Of a stretch of 64,000 bases of DNA, positions 25,703 through 40,031 are shown piece by piece. The DNA is taken from the NCBI RefSeq assembly GCF_963853765.1, contig NC_088860.1:2170001-2234000 (forward strand), in the 5' to 3' direction. This stretch comes from Magallana gigas. Taxonomy: Eukaryota. The notes below the pieces were generated by a model. That model saw nothing but the letters and a program-made list of their open reading frames with translations. It was not told the DNA's origin and made no database searches. Both the position numbers and the translations under genes were made by a program. Position 1 is the stretch's first letter, and each line of letters begins with the position of its first letter.

Positions 25703-28700
25703 TTTATGAAATTTACACACTTTTATCATCCCTAAACAGTTCTACAAAGGTGAGGCAGACATCTTTATCGACATGTTTTCCGTATGTTTTTAATTCTTAT
25801 TAATACAGAGAGTGGGGGGGGGGGGCTTTCTTATCGAATTGTGGAAAAGAGGGAGAATAATGGGAGATTTGCATAATAAACATGTAATTCTTTTTTGTCG
25901 AAAAACATGCGAAAACACCATATGATCTAATTAGATATGTCATTTTTATTGTGAAATTGATCAAAAATCTACTTTCATAAATTTTTATACCAGGACAGAT
26001 TGATAGTATTCCTTAAACATTAATATGTAAACAATGAACAGATTTCTACCATAAATGCATAAAACGTTAAAGCTGAATATAAGAGGGCATCTTTTACATG
26101 AAATTCTTATTCAGAGCAGTGATGAAAATTATAATGTAATTTGACCTAGGGAACAAAATTAAAATTTAAAGATACGACGCACTTATTACCTACTTACTGG
26201 GGGTTTTTTTAGGGTTTTTTTTAGGTTTAAAAGATGTTTATTGCAATTTCCTGCTGCACATTGTTTCTGTCTCTTAATCTTTTTTTTTTATCAATAAGTT
26301 GTTTTAAATTAAGATTAGTTTTGGTTTTAGATAAATAATAAGACAAACACCACTCTGCTATTTTGATCTCGGCCCTGGTATAGAACCTTTACTTGGGCTG
26401 GTACCGTCAGAAGTAAACTACAACAGCATATCACCCTTTAATGCAAATACTAGCAGCCTTTTAATACATGTATTTTAATGTCGCAAATAAAAAGCAAATC
26501 ATGTGATACCCTACAATCTTTTCTTGTCATATTTAGAAAGAGTTATCTCTCCTTCAACGCCAGTCATTCCTCTTTACTGACACCAAAATTGAGACTTGAA
26601 AAGGATTGGTAGCGAGCTTTGCATCGTTTAGAGGCTCTGCTGAGATTGATGGACGCATTGTACAAGTTTTAGACTGTGGAATTGAGAATGATCTTTGGTG
26701 GAACATAACCTGTAGTGATAACATGTGTCATGGAAACCTTAGGTCAAGGTTGGTTCGAATCTGGCAAAAAATGAAGAGGAGTTTCTATTTCTTTTTTCAA
26801 ATTCATAACAGTACTATTAATGGGCTCTGGATACGGGCCGTTTTAAGAAACAAACATATTAGTATTAATGTTTAGAAAATTTGTTAAACATATTTAAGTA
26901 ATGCCTATTTTTTAAAAATCTTTTTTGTATTTGGTTGGTTGAAACCGGGTCCCTTGGATTTGCAGACCACCAACTTTTTAATATACATTGGGCATCCAAA
27001 TTGTTTTGTTATTGAGATTAAGTTACCATTTTGTTTATCGTAGTATTTTTGTAGGTATTTACCTTAGGTTTATTCAAATTCAGGAACCGGTAGTTATGAT
27101 CACTCGACAAAAATTATCCAACGAATTTATAGTTCCTGATCTCTGAATCGATGGTTATCAGCTTTCTCCACGTACTGGTGAAGAACTTGGTTGTATCACT
27201 ACACAAATTTTTCAGGAGGACCATACATTCATTCTGGAAATGCTGACTTATTATGCTGCGGCCTACCAGTTATTTGCATATGAAATGATTACTGCTCTTG
27301 TTAAGACCAAGAAGACAATTTTAAAGGACCTTTTTAACAGTTGCAGACAATACTTTTGATTTCAAACTATTTCATCACAAAGAAAGATTTTTTTCTTATG
27401 AAAATAGCTATTGAATTTTAAAATCATAAATAAATTGAAAGTGTTGATTTGATAGAACTAAAAACTATTTGTAGATTCAGTTTGTAGAATTAAAAACCAT
27501 AAAAAGTCATTATAATTGCAGACAAGTATGGTTGGGACTTTGCAAGAGATTACAGAGATGACTTATTGTCACTGACAATTCTGAAAACAATTGACGTTTT
27601 CTAAACAGAGGACAAAACGCAAAAGGTTTGAAAATAACAGTTAGAATAATTTTTTTCGTGGCTATTGCAATATAGAAGGCGTTAAATTACCATACCGTAT
27701 TGTAAGGTTAATGATGTTGTTTGAATTTGTATCATACGCCAATTTTATTTCCAATATTTTATTAAGGTTTTTGCTCGAAATTTATGTATTACTGATATAG
27801 TATTTTGAATTTTAGGTCTACGTTTAGCACCATACTTGTACATATCCACTCAACCCCTGAAATCATTAGTTAGACATTGGGGATAGGGGGTTTCATAAAA
27901 GTACTGTGTTCATATCACGGTTTTGTTTTTTGCATCTAGCTACATGTCTTGATATGCTAGATTTGAGTTTGGCAGGTTTTATTCTATATAAAGAAAAGAG
28001 TATCTGGGAATCTCAGCATTTTATTGAATGGCTTGGGATACGTCTATAGGTTCTTTGAATATATCATCGCTGAAAGTAAACAAGCTTTTTGGGCAAAATT
28101 AAAGATATTGTATTTAACCCTGTTACTCTCACTCACAGAGCCTTAGTAAGTACTGCAGACAAAATTGTTTCTTTTCAGCCACGTTTAGGCAATATTTACT
28201 CGTTAATGAGTTTTGCATATGCTTAATGCAAATTCTATGTCGTAGAATTGTCCCATTTTTACGACAGAAATTTGAAAGTAATACGTTTGGTTGTTTTATA
28301 CCACAAAGGATAGTGTGCACAGATGCAAGCAAGTTTGTTGGGACAGGATTTACAGTGTAGTGCGCAAAAGTTTGTGTACATCTATTGTGGACCTCTGGAA
28401 AGACTTTACATAGCTCTATCTGAAGAGGAATGAAAGCTATGGAACTAATTATCTTGTTTCTGCGTTGTAAGACATTGATATGAATATATATTTTCCATGT
28501 ATATTCAAAAACAAGATATCTTTAGAGGTAATGGATACCATGATTGGAAATTGAGCTCGCTGGCTATAACAGCAAAGTCTTTGATTACGATGATTGGTCT
28601 ATTTCAGATAATTTTTTCAATCTTTAAACAATCTTATAACGTGGATTTACTATCTGATTTTAATAATCATAAAGTCCATTTTTTAGTATTTTGGACTCAT

Positions 28701-30883
28701 GTTACCCCTGGATTTGATGCTTTATCTTACAAAATAAAGGATTTCAACGTATACATTGTACCCCCGGTATGTTGGGTATCTATAAGCTGTAATAAACCAT
28801 ATGTTTCTAGCAGATCTAGAGCTATGACACCATTGTTGGATGGGACAATTTAAATCGTTTGTGTAAATAATTATGAATATGTTAAACCTAGATTTTCATT
28901 TGTGAAGTAAGAATATGTTTGTATGTATTTAATTGACTATGATACAATAAATTTAACGTTTGAATGTAAAATGTTACATAATAGAGTGAAACAGTGTTTT
29001 AATTTTCCTTACATGCTTGGTTCGTTGCCGTTATATTGTTTAGAATATTTGAATTTTTCTAAAACAGGTTTCCCTAAACGTGACTAAAAACAGTTCTATC
29101 AGAGCGTAAAACTTACCTGAATATGTTATAATTTTTCTATGTTTCAAAATTGGTATATAAGTATAACTTGAAATTTTTGTCGGGATCTTCGTTTTCATTA
29201 TAAAGATCCTATATGGTTAAAACTAAATTATCTACTTCTGTCTCAAATGCTTTTATATACGCCATTCCGTGGTACTTGTACTGAGACACCAAACATGTTT
29301 CCAAATCCATGTAGTAAAAAACTCATTAAACTCACTGCAAAAAGTGGAGAGCGCATTTTGGCCAAACCTTGTTTTAACGAAAACAAACCTAATACCGTAG
29401 AGATTATTGGAAAACATTTCAAATCATTTTTTATCTCTGTTTAATTTGAGAACTTGACTTTCATGTAATGTCTTTTTTTCACGGCATCTGATGTGATCTA
29501 TGCATAGTCAAAAGTTTGATTATGATTATGTTATCAGTATGATCAATTAGGAGTTCAAAGTCAGACATTTACATGTACATGAGATGTAACTCTGTACATA
29601 TCGCAAAATATGATTTCCCTTTTTGTCCAGTTTTGTATTTAAAGGTTATCTTCGTCTGGCGTAAATTAAAAATGACTAGGATTAATTAATTATAAATTTT
29701 ACACCTGTTTGGTTTAAAAATAACAGGTCTAATAGAGTATGCTTAATAAATGAACCTTTATAATATATGTCTGTGAGAGAGATTTTTAAGAGCAATGTCA
29801 GACAGAGTAAAAGTTCAAAATTTGGAGTCCTTTCCTCAGATAAAGGGAAACAACAGCTGCAGCAAATGTAGACATTCCGGATAAACTGCTCAAGGCCAAT
29901 TGAGGATGGAAGTGCGGGATTTCCAAATATAGCTTCTTGTATGTTAAAGACAATATTTACAATATTTTCTGTCTCAAAAAATTTCAGATTATGACAAGTA
30001 TAGTTTATGATTAAAAACTAGTTTTAAAATATTGTATAAGAACAGGAAATGATTCATTGTGTTCAACTGAGCGAAGCAAAATAAAGTATAAATGAATTTC
30101 TTTTCTTTCTTTTTTTAAAATTGAAGTTATAAGTTTGGTTGGTTCTAACCGGGATATATTTGATTTTCGGACTGCCAGCATTACACCGAGATTATTTTGT
30201 TATGTTTTTTTAGATAAAGGTTATTATTTTATTTATCGTAGGCAGGCATTTGCTAAAGGACTATTTAAAAAAAAATCATATCGGTAACTGTAATCATTCG
30301 ACAAAAGTTGGCCAACGACTTTCAAGTTTTCCTTAATTTCTTGCTTTAATTTTTCTTCTGTTTTATGAGTTTTTGTAAATTTTATTTTTACAAAATAAAA
30401 ACGAAAAAGAACAGAAATCATCATTTTTAAGATAAAACTTGTAATCTAAACCAAAAAAGAAGGCTATTTCTTTCACTAATTCAATGATTACCTTATGTAT
30501 ATCCATTCAACATAAAGAAAGAGTAGAACAATGAAACACAAGTTTATATAAATCTTTTATCGTAAAAACAATCTCCGTATTAACGAGATAATTAACTCGG
30601 AATAACGATATCTTTTCTCGTCATAACAAAATTATTAACTTGCAATTGTAATAACGATATTGTTTGTTCCCATTTTGCACACATTAGAAAACAGGAATCG
30701 AAAAAATGTGTGCGAACCGGGACCAGGTGAGTTAATTGATATAGTCTATATCACAGTTCCTGTGAAGAAAATTAACAATAGAATAAATAAACCATATTAC
30801 TGGTAATTGATATTTACATTTATTTTATGTTACAATATAAGTTGCATAAAAGCACATTTACATGATAATTGAAATCCATGTTA

Positions 30884-31410
30884 TTACATTGGTCATAACC
30901 ATTTTCATTTAGTTATTCAAACTATATAATGATTATTCCGAAAATATTGTATTGTACATGTGAATATAATTTCATACATCAAATTGGTCATGAACATTTT
31001 CATTTAGTTCTTCAAACTATATAATGATTATTCCGAAAATTTTGTACATGTTAATATAATTTCATACATCAAATTGGTCATGAACATTTTCATTTAGTTC
31101 TTCAAAATATATAATGATTATTGCGAAAATTTTCTACATGTGAATATAATTTCATACATCAAATTGGTCATGAACATTTTCATTTAGTTCTTCAAACTAT
31201 ATAATGATTATTGCGAAAATTTTGTACATGTTAATATAATTTCATACATCAAATTGGTCATAACCATTTTCATTTAGTTCTTCAAACTATATAATGATTA
31301 TTCCGAAAATTTTGTACATGTTAATATTATTTCATACATCAAATTGGTCATGAACATTGTCATTTAGTTCTTCAAACTATATAATGATTATTGCGAAAAT
31401 TGTGTACATG
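30884..31410 (+). repeat. 90-bp minisatellite array: 5 full units plus 1 partial
   Basis: Units end in ...TACATG at 30960, 31050, 31140, 31230, 31320 and 31410. Confidence 0.95.
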
Positions 31411-33508
31411 TGGTGCTTTTCTTTAACTTACTGCCTTTGGGAAGAAGATGATTATGTAAATGTTTATGAAATATGATACAATGTATTGATAATTCTTGAA
31501 TTCAATATCTTAACCGCCGAGCTTGTTAGCCAAGAAAGTATCAGCCAACCAAAGCATTAGCCGTGATGAACCACTAAGTATTAGTGATGAGTTTGCAGAA
31601 TGTACCACTGTTCTATACTGAATGTTATTCATGCTCCAAAATATAGTCACCTTATTACTTGATGCCATAAATAAATAATAATGATTATTTACATTTGGAT
31701 GGACACTCTTTACAGGATAATGTCAAGCTTGGATAGTAATCTCCAATGAGGTACAGTCATTTGGAGGAATTTTGAATCGCATCGTGACCATCGGACGTTT
31801 GAAGTGTCGAATGATATGTATTAAAATAAAAACTACCCTATAGTCATACGTCATCAATTTAAGTTTGAATAGAAAAATATCATACATTAATATTAATTTT
31901 GATTCTTTTTTCTTTGCTTACATTATTAGAGGAAATTTGTCTAGTAAAAATGCTGTTACATATTTTTCATTTATGCTGTGGCGTCAATAATCGAAGGAAA
32001 TTGTGTGAACTGTGTGGTGTAAATCGATAAATTTGTTTGTGTCAAGAACTATAAAGATTTTTAACAAAAACAATCAAATGTAGACCCAATTCATGCATTT
32101 TTAACCCTCTTCATTTAGGATATATAGAATCAATATCAAAAATATTATTTTGTCGTAATGTCTTGTGTCAGTTTAGCTGCTAATTTGAAATGATACAGAG
32201 TGACCCGCAATATATTACTGCTGTGATGTCATAAGAACTACTGTCAAAATCGCTTCTTCAAAGATTGAAATAATTTGTGATAAATTAAGATATGCTTCCT
32301 TCAGTGACGTTTATACTGTTTTCCTTACATAATCTCATCTCTATTCATACTGGTACCAAACAAATAGATATAAACACGCGTTTTACATATTTAGCAACTT
32401 CATTGTAAAAAGAGATTCGGAAAACCTTATATGACAGCAGATTTCCCCCTTCATCCTAAATTAATCAATTATATCAGCTTTCAAATTGGCTTAGGGCCGA
32501 CGTTTTCCCCGAATTTATTCAGTTGGTTTTTTTTTATTTTAATTAAATGGACAATAATATAAAAGTTGAATTATATATCGTTATTTTTTTTATCCATGAG
32601 CAGAAATTTAAGGATAAAAATATCATTATTTTTATTTTATTAAATGCTGATAGGTATTGGTTATTAATCCTAAAACACAAAACAATAATTTTATTCTTGT
32701 TTCATCGTTAATGCTGAGATAAAACACAGGTAAAATACAGGTAAATCTTGCAGCAAAAGCAGACTATATGGATTCGATAATCTTTGTTTATAATTAATTA
32801 ATAGAGAGTAAACGTATGAATAGACCTATTGTTGTCACGTAAAAATATAGAATGGAAAACGCCTGTGTTGTGAACACGTTACATTTTCAAAAAACTTATA
32901 TACGATTATATCACTGTGGTGAGGAAAGCGGAAACAGGCAATATGGTGGTTGCAAACATTCAGAAATAGACAATACGACAGTGACAGTTTAACCAACTTA
33001 ATTCTATGCCATTTTATGATTCTAATGGGATTTTTTTTACATTCAAGTTATTTATGCAAGAAAAATTTCAACAACGTAAGCAATAAAATATTATATTTTG
33101 ACAACTCACTTTTCTTTTAATTACAAGTGAAAAGTTAGGAACCATCAACAAATCTGATGTTAACACAAGTTTACTTTTAGGATTATTGCTTATCAAAATT
33201 GATACAGAGTACATCTACCTAGGGAGGGGACAAAAATAGGACATGTCTGCTGTCCGATCATATTTCAATTTGAAATAAAATATTGTTTAAACTAAACTAA
33301 TCTATCTGAGAAAAGACGAAATGGCACTTAATGCACTTCCCCAATCACATGGCTTAATATGACAATGCTTTAAAGTATCCCCAGATCGTTTAAATGATTA
33401 ATATACATAAAAACACTTATGGTAAAACGGAAAAACAATATACAGCAATTGGCTCAGCCATTTAATTATAAGCTGAGGATTTTGGATAAAATACACCATG
33501 ACAAAACA

Positions 33509-36500
33509 ATGTCTGGTGTAGTTTTGTTTTTGATTCTTTGCGTTTTCTGTCCAAGGACTGTTTATCTTTCGTCGGAGATAGGAATTTGTTCGTAAGTTGT
33601 TTTCTTAACTTTACTCTTTTAACATGCTTTTATATATTATCAAAACCATGTGAGCAACAATAAGCAAAACTGTAACACGTACGAATATCTACGTGTTAAT
33701 TCAGCAACAAGGCAGGGCTCACCAGTAACGTTAATGTAAAAGTGATATTGACGAAATTTTTGTCCACAGATGATTTGCGTACAATTTCACTGTTAAGCTT
33801 TCCAACCTGATATAGGAAGTCTTTAGTCGCTGTACATTATAAGTATGTCATTTAATTATGTAAAATGTCTGTATTTATATTCTCCGAGATCATTTATTGG
33901 GTCAAATTAAATTGTTCCTTATCTTCTTCCTTATGTACACATTCAGAAGCAAAGGTTCTGTCATCTGCTCGCAAAAATAAATTTTTTTTTCCAGAAATTC
34001 TCCTTAAAGTTTGAGAATGAATAATGTAATAATTTCAAAATGTAAAATTAAAATACACGGGTACATAAATGAGCCAATGTGTCACAATTTGGAAAAATAG
34101 TCAATGTATTGAATACTACAGGTCTATACTATACATATGTTTGTTCTCTTTGTGATTTTAGTCTTTAACATGTAATTTTTTTTTTCAAATTGACTGTATA
34201 ATACTTTTCATTTTTTTTTTAATTTAATTGACAATGAAAAGTGCAAGCTCCTTAAGATTTCTTTGGACATTTGTTTATTGTTAATTGCTTAAGAAACGAA
34301 AGGAATATAGAAATATACATGTGTCTGGTACATATTTGCAATGTCCTAATGACTGACAGTGTAAATTTACCGACTTTTTCTTGCCTCTTTTATAATATGA
34401 ATCAATTTTCAGAAAAACCAATTCTGCCATCAAGTGTTGTAATAATTACAAGTTGGACGAACAAGAAACCGGATGTGTCGGTGAGTGACGTGCATTTCTT
34501 GACTAATTCAAAAATCAGGACATCGCCCATTTTAATGTTTACTTACCAATTCTTTTTTATTGACCTTTATTGTGATTAAACGTTTATGAATTAATTGGTA
34601 TGTGAAGAAGTCTCCCTAAATCTTAAGAGGGATCGATTCGTGTGACCATCAGTTTAATCTATTTGACCTGACTATTCAACATTTAAAGCTTATTCAAGAT
34701 GTATGGATTTTTTCCTTAACTAAATAATAGTTTATTACAATAAATCTCGAGTCTAAAAATTTAAGGTAGTTCTGATTGCATTCAGTAATATGTTGACCAG
34801 CCAGCTTCCTAGTAATTATTGTTTTCCTAAAAGTGATCCCGACTCTTTGCAGAGTGTGACCCTGGGTACTTCGGAGACTGTAATACGCCGTGTCTTCCGG
34901 GCCGGTATGGCCAACTCTGTGAAACAGTATGTCGGTGTCAGGTCCAAGAGTGTCATCACGTGACAGGCTGTGTGGATGGTAAGAGTAAGCGGGTGATACC
35001 ATCTGTTTTTATATAATATTTATATATCTGTCATTTGTGATGGTTCACAAAGATTTACATATATCTAAAATACTACAAAGAAGCCTGAAGCCAAATATGG
35101 TAAGAGTAAGCGTACGGTGTCATTTGTACTTGTTTTTGTACATACTTGCTCGGTTTGTGACAGTCAGCATTTATTCTTAGAGAGCTGTTCTTATTCAATA
35201 TAAGCATGAAGTCAAATATGAAGTATTCAGGAGTCCTTTTTTATTTTTACATTTAACACTGTGCCGGATAATTATACCAGTGCCAAGGTGGCATTTTTGC
35301 ACCTGCTTAAGGAAAAATCCATGTACCATTGTCTAGAGAGTATATAACCACTTTTGTTTTCAGTGTGTTTCACCTGACAGGTGAGATATTTTCCTTTAAA
35401 AATTAATATCCCATCGGAAAATGATAATTCCCATAGGAGAATTGATTCTCCTACAGGAAATATTGACAATCCTAAAGGATTTTTAAAAAGTCCTATAGGA
35501 ATTATATTTCCTATAGGAGAATGGTATTTACTGTAGGAATTTAATTCAGACAGTTTTCCTATAGGATATTAAGTTTTCCAATCGGATTTTATCAAATCCT
35601 ATCGGAATTGAAATTCATATAGGAAGTTCTTGTATTCCAATAGGAAATTTCAAATTACCTATAGGAATATTGTTTTTCCTATGAGAAAAATTATTTTCCT
35701 ATAGGAATTTAATTTTGAAGGGTAAATATCTCACCTGGCAGGTGAGATACAATGATAATAAGGTGGTTGTTAACTCTTTAAGCAATGGTCTATCATATGG
35801 CATATTGGAATTTTTCGATATATGCAGCTTAAGCGGGTGGAAAAATGCCACCTAGGCACTTGCATAATAATCCGGCACAGTGTTATTTACTTGAAGAATT
35901 TTCACTTTGATCTACTGTTCGAAGGTTTTTGAAAAAATAGTTTGATACAACACAGCTACACGTATTTGATAAGAGTGAAAACCATTTACTATACTCAGTA
36001 ATTTTTTGGTGATTGCGTCATTGTTGTTTTGTACTTTTTCAGTCGTATTGACATTGAAGTATGGTTAGATGTAAGATCTATACCCAGTCTTCTGTTTTGC
36101 ATTCTTTCAAAGAAATCAAATTAGTTACATTTTCTTCTTCTAACAACATGACAATTTTATTAATCCTTAAATTTAAATTAAAAATGTGGTTCATTACTCA
36201 TTCGCCAGGAAATAAATATGGATATTTATAGAATTAGATTTGTTTTTCTGATGAAGTTACATATAATGAAAATAATTTCTTATTGATATGTACCTTACTG
36301 ATACCATCTTAATTTTTGTTGCAGTTATCACCCAAACATCGGCTTCGTCGGGAGGGAATTGTACGTCGTAAGTATGTTGATATTACTCGTAGGTTAACGA
36401 ATATGACGTTACACAAAAGTTTTCCAAAGTAATGGTTGATGTATATCACACTTCCTTGAAGTTGATTCTTTGTCACTAGCAGACGTATGTAGGGATAACT

Positions 36501-37069
36501 TTATGTTACATACAGCCTTGAACAGAGAACTTGCAAATAACAATCTTAAATTCATGGGTTTTCCATTGAGACGGTATTTTTATTTGAAGAGAGAATGACT
36601 TGAGATTAGAATATTAAATCGTGGAATGACATTAACCAATGCGCTAGTCTGCAAAAAGCAAACATTTCAGCAGCCAAAGATTTATTTTTTGATGGAAACT
36701 CATTATATTTGTTATAACATGTTATTTTGTAGGAGAAGTAAAAATGGATGCTGTATAAATTACCGCCGGGACAATATAACCAACACATGCATAGGTATAA
36801 CTCAAATACATTTAATCATCTTTCACTGAAATGTAAAACAATTTGAGAGGTGCAAAATACTATCAGAATAACAATACATGTAATTGTTTTTAAATAAATC
36901 TCGGAAAAAAACAGTGAATTCTATTCCATGTCTTATTTAGTGTGCCCGGATGGATGGTACAGCGAAGACTGTCGTGACCGATGTCCGTATCCTTTCTACG
37001 GACATAAATGTGGATCCATTTGTGATTGTAGTAAAGAGACTTGTGACTACGTGACCGGATGTTACAACA
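33509..37069 (+). CDS. MEGF10/CED-1-like receptor ectodomain cassette 2 (exons 33509-33591, 34413-34480, 34853-34978, 36325-36367, 36733-36794, 36941-37069)
   Basis: Same exon lengths and phases as cassette 1, with no stops. Exons 1-3 differ in sequence (DEQETGC, CLPGRY, ETVCRC), while exons 5-6 encode the same peptides as cassette 1. Read-through stop at 37116 (185 aa). Confidence 0.8.
35257..35882. mobile_element. MITE with long TIRs and internal TTCCTATAGGA-type repeats, in intron 3 of cassette 2
   Basis: CACTGTGCCGGATAATTAT...ATAATCCGGCACAGTG. The site is empty in cassettes 1 (near 21875) and 3 (near 58990). Confidence 0.8.
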
Positions 37070-37946
37070 GTAATTCTTCTAAGACAACAATTGGCAGTCA
37101 AATCAGAAAATTTTAATTTTTTATAGTTAAGAAAAAACTCATTTTTTTTCAAGGTTCGCTTGTCCCACTCATGTACGACCTTTTTGTATTATATCAGCTG
37201 TCACCACATTGAAATAGTTCTATAGCCACAGAGTTCCTCACTTAACCATATGTTAGATTTGTTTCCTTGTCATTCACACTTGTTCTGCTTTGCACATTAT
37301 TTTTTAAACTCTATGCTAAACAAATCGCTTATTGAAAAAAGAAATTATGGTCTTGCAAGTTCCATGCTTAACTGCCAAAAACGATCCGAGTGTATACATG
37401 TTTTACACGTGGTACTGTAGATATAAGGACAGTATATTGGGAAGGAAGTTTAAAATCAAAATCATTTAAGGCCACATGGGTTGTTTACATTCTGTCTTGC
37501 TTCTTCTGGTCTTCTGACCATGGGGCATAAAACTTGGTCTAAGTTTAAAGGTCTGCGGGACTGTATTCTTCTTAGGACAATTGTAGTATGTTTCAAAATA
37601 TTAAGTTATCGGTATTACAAATAGCGTTTGCTTTCTCTTTCAATATAAACAAGAATTTATTAATGTTTTGTAACGTACATGTAAATGTTTGTGTTATTAA
37701 GATAATACTTTATGGCAAAAATATTGTGTCATCAAAATATGATGAACTCGACATTTCAATTATAATAATTGATTCAACGACATCTATATATCATGAAGCC
37801 TAAATATGTGTGTAAGTGATATCATCTTTTTTACGGCTTAGTACAGTGAATCATCAATAAGTGAAACGTGGAATGAGGTTGTTAAGTATCGTTCGGATCC
37901 TTTCTTTGTCGTACAACTTTATACCTTGTTTTAATTGAGACCACAG

Positions 37947-38866
37947 GTGCTTGAGTACAGGATCGACCCCTCCCCCCTTTCAACCCCCTCCCCCCTTTCA
38001 ACCCCCACCCCCAAGTATAAAGACCCCCGGGACTTTACTCTTTTTAAAAATTAAATTATACTTTTATATCATATTTTTAATCTAATTTATTTATTAACTG
38101 CCCTAAATTAACAAATTAAAACATTTTTAAAGATAACTCGTAACATTAATTTCTTGATTTTCTCTTTTATGTCTTCAATTGTAATGCACTCAGTGTGAGT
38201 GCCTTCTTTTAGATTTTCCAGTATCCAAGACGATAAAAAAAGTGTTCAGTTCTTCGCGGCTTGATTAGAATTCATACTTCTACTGAATTGTACATTTCGA
38301 GTTTGCCATTTCGTAAATCTCTTACCTTTTCATTGTTCTCGTGTACACGCCGTACACTTATCTGTTTATGAGCGGAGTTATCTTCCTTGCGATAAACCCT
38401 CTCTTCCGTTTATTCTAGATACTAGCAACTTGTCGGTGAAAAGTGTCCTAATTTCCCCGGAAATGAAATTAATTAAAAATGTAATAAAAATGTACCTGTA
38501 AATGTAATTAAACGGGCATGGCATGCAGATATTTAGTGAAGAGAATTATCGGGCTACGACATGAGGTCACATTTTTTACTGGTAGATGTGGTTTGATAGT
38601 ACATTTCAACAAATATTCATCGGCAGTGCCTCTCGGCTGGCAGACTAAGTTCGCCACCTTCTTGTATTAGAGTGAATATATGTAGAGGTTTAATTGGTTT
38701 TTTTAGAGGGTTTTAGGTAATTTTGTGCAATAAATGTGTAAATTAGATTAGAAATATGTCATACAAGGATAATTTGGTAAAAAAAAAATAATAAAATCCT
38801 GGCGGGGGTCTATATACTTGGGGATGGAGGGGGGAGTGGAAGGGGGTCGATCCTGTCCTCAAGCAC
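37947..38866. mobile_element. C-rich/G-rich TIR element (short form)
   Basis: Same TIRs and internal structure as 23930-24859. Confidence 0.6.
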
Positions 38867-39478
38867 AGTTACTTGCTTATATCCCAACATTAAACATTGC
38901 AGTAAAAATGATATAATATGTCTTATGAGGTAATTGCAAAACAAAACTCAAAATAAAGATACAAGACATTCCAACGATCGAGATCCTATGATAAAAAATA
39001 GTGTTTCCGCTTTATTTCAATATTTTAAAATAGATCACATTCAAAAGATAACGCCCATAGATCTTAAACAACAAAGATTATGTTGTCTTGGATCATAAAC
39101 AAACAAAAACTAAAAAAATTGAAAACAAACCGTAGGAATTCGATTAACTTTTATTTGTAAATACGCAGTTAATTATAAGAGAAGAGGATAGATTTATGTT
39201 CGTGTGTATGTGCTTTTATCGCTGAAATCTCCACGAAACTGTAATTATAAACGAAAAAACAACTGTCACGTTGCAAGTTTACATTTGAGGGTCCTGGATG
39301 CAAGCCTCAACACAACTTGTAATTTTTTTCGTCTGGACAAAATCAAAACTGCTCAAATTTACAGACAGAAGGACGCTTGTTAAAGCCAACAACAAGACAA
39401 TGAGGTTCGTATTTGTAAGTTTCGTCAACATCAATCGGATTCCAAGTCAGGATTGATTCTGAGTTGGTACATTCGGAA

Positions 39479-40031
39479 TACTGTATACAGGGTTATTTTT
39501 TCCCCTTGTTTATTTTATTTCGTTTTTACTACGTTTGCAAACAATTTTACTCGTCTTAAATTCGCCCAAATGCACTTATTAAAAGAGATATTATTTGCAA
39601 CATTAGAATTCTCCCAGTTTGATAAATTTATGTATGTCAATAGATTGACAATTTTACTTATCTAAGTGCTCCAATACAATGTTTCTGTACATAATACTAT
39701 CAGTCCTTCTTTCTGAACTTTCTCCCCTATAACTTTCACTAATTGTATATTTATATGCATATATATTGCTATATATATATATATATATATATATATAAGA
39801 CACTAACTAATGAGAATTTTTTTTTTGAAACTGTAATTTCACTTGCTATTATACCAATGACATGTTTATATGCAATTGTGAATTGAAAATGTCAAAATAA
39901 AAAAAAATAAAAAAATAAAAAAAAAAAAAAAAGAATTCTCCCAGTTTTAAATTCGCCCGCTGACAACGAGGGCAAAAGAGACAAAAATAAAACGAGAAAC
40001 GGGGGTGGGGGGTAAATCCATGTATACAGTA
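39479..40031. mobile_element. TACTGTATACA MITE interrupted by a LINE tail
   Basis: Paralogue of 8453-8677 with an extra insertion at 39621-39931. Confidence 0.7.
39621..39931 (+). mobile_element. 5'-truncated non-LTR retrotransposon 3' end (or retrocopy) with poly(A) tail
   Basis: 16-bp duplication AGAATTCTCCCAGTTT at 39605-39620 and 39932-39947, AATAAA and an A-rich tail, and an internal (TA)n tract near 39771-39797. Confidence 0.85.

Larger units (their letters stand above)
23655..37670 (+). repeat. Segmental duplication unit U2 (about 14.0 kb)
   Basis: Collinear with U1 but lacks the Kolobok, the palindromic element, the Crypton and the 1.27-kb segment. Confidence 0.9.

Noticed and set aside
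30884-31410. CRISPR-like array
   Set aside because: Head-to-tail 90-bp units with no unique spacers, no cas genes and a eukaryotic context.
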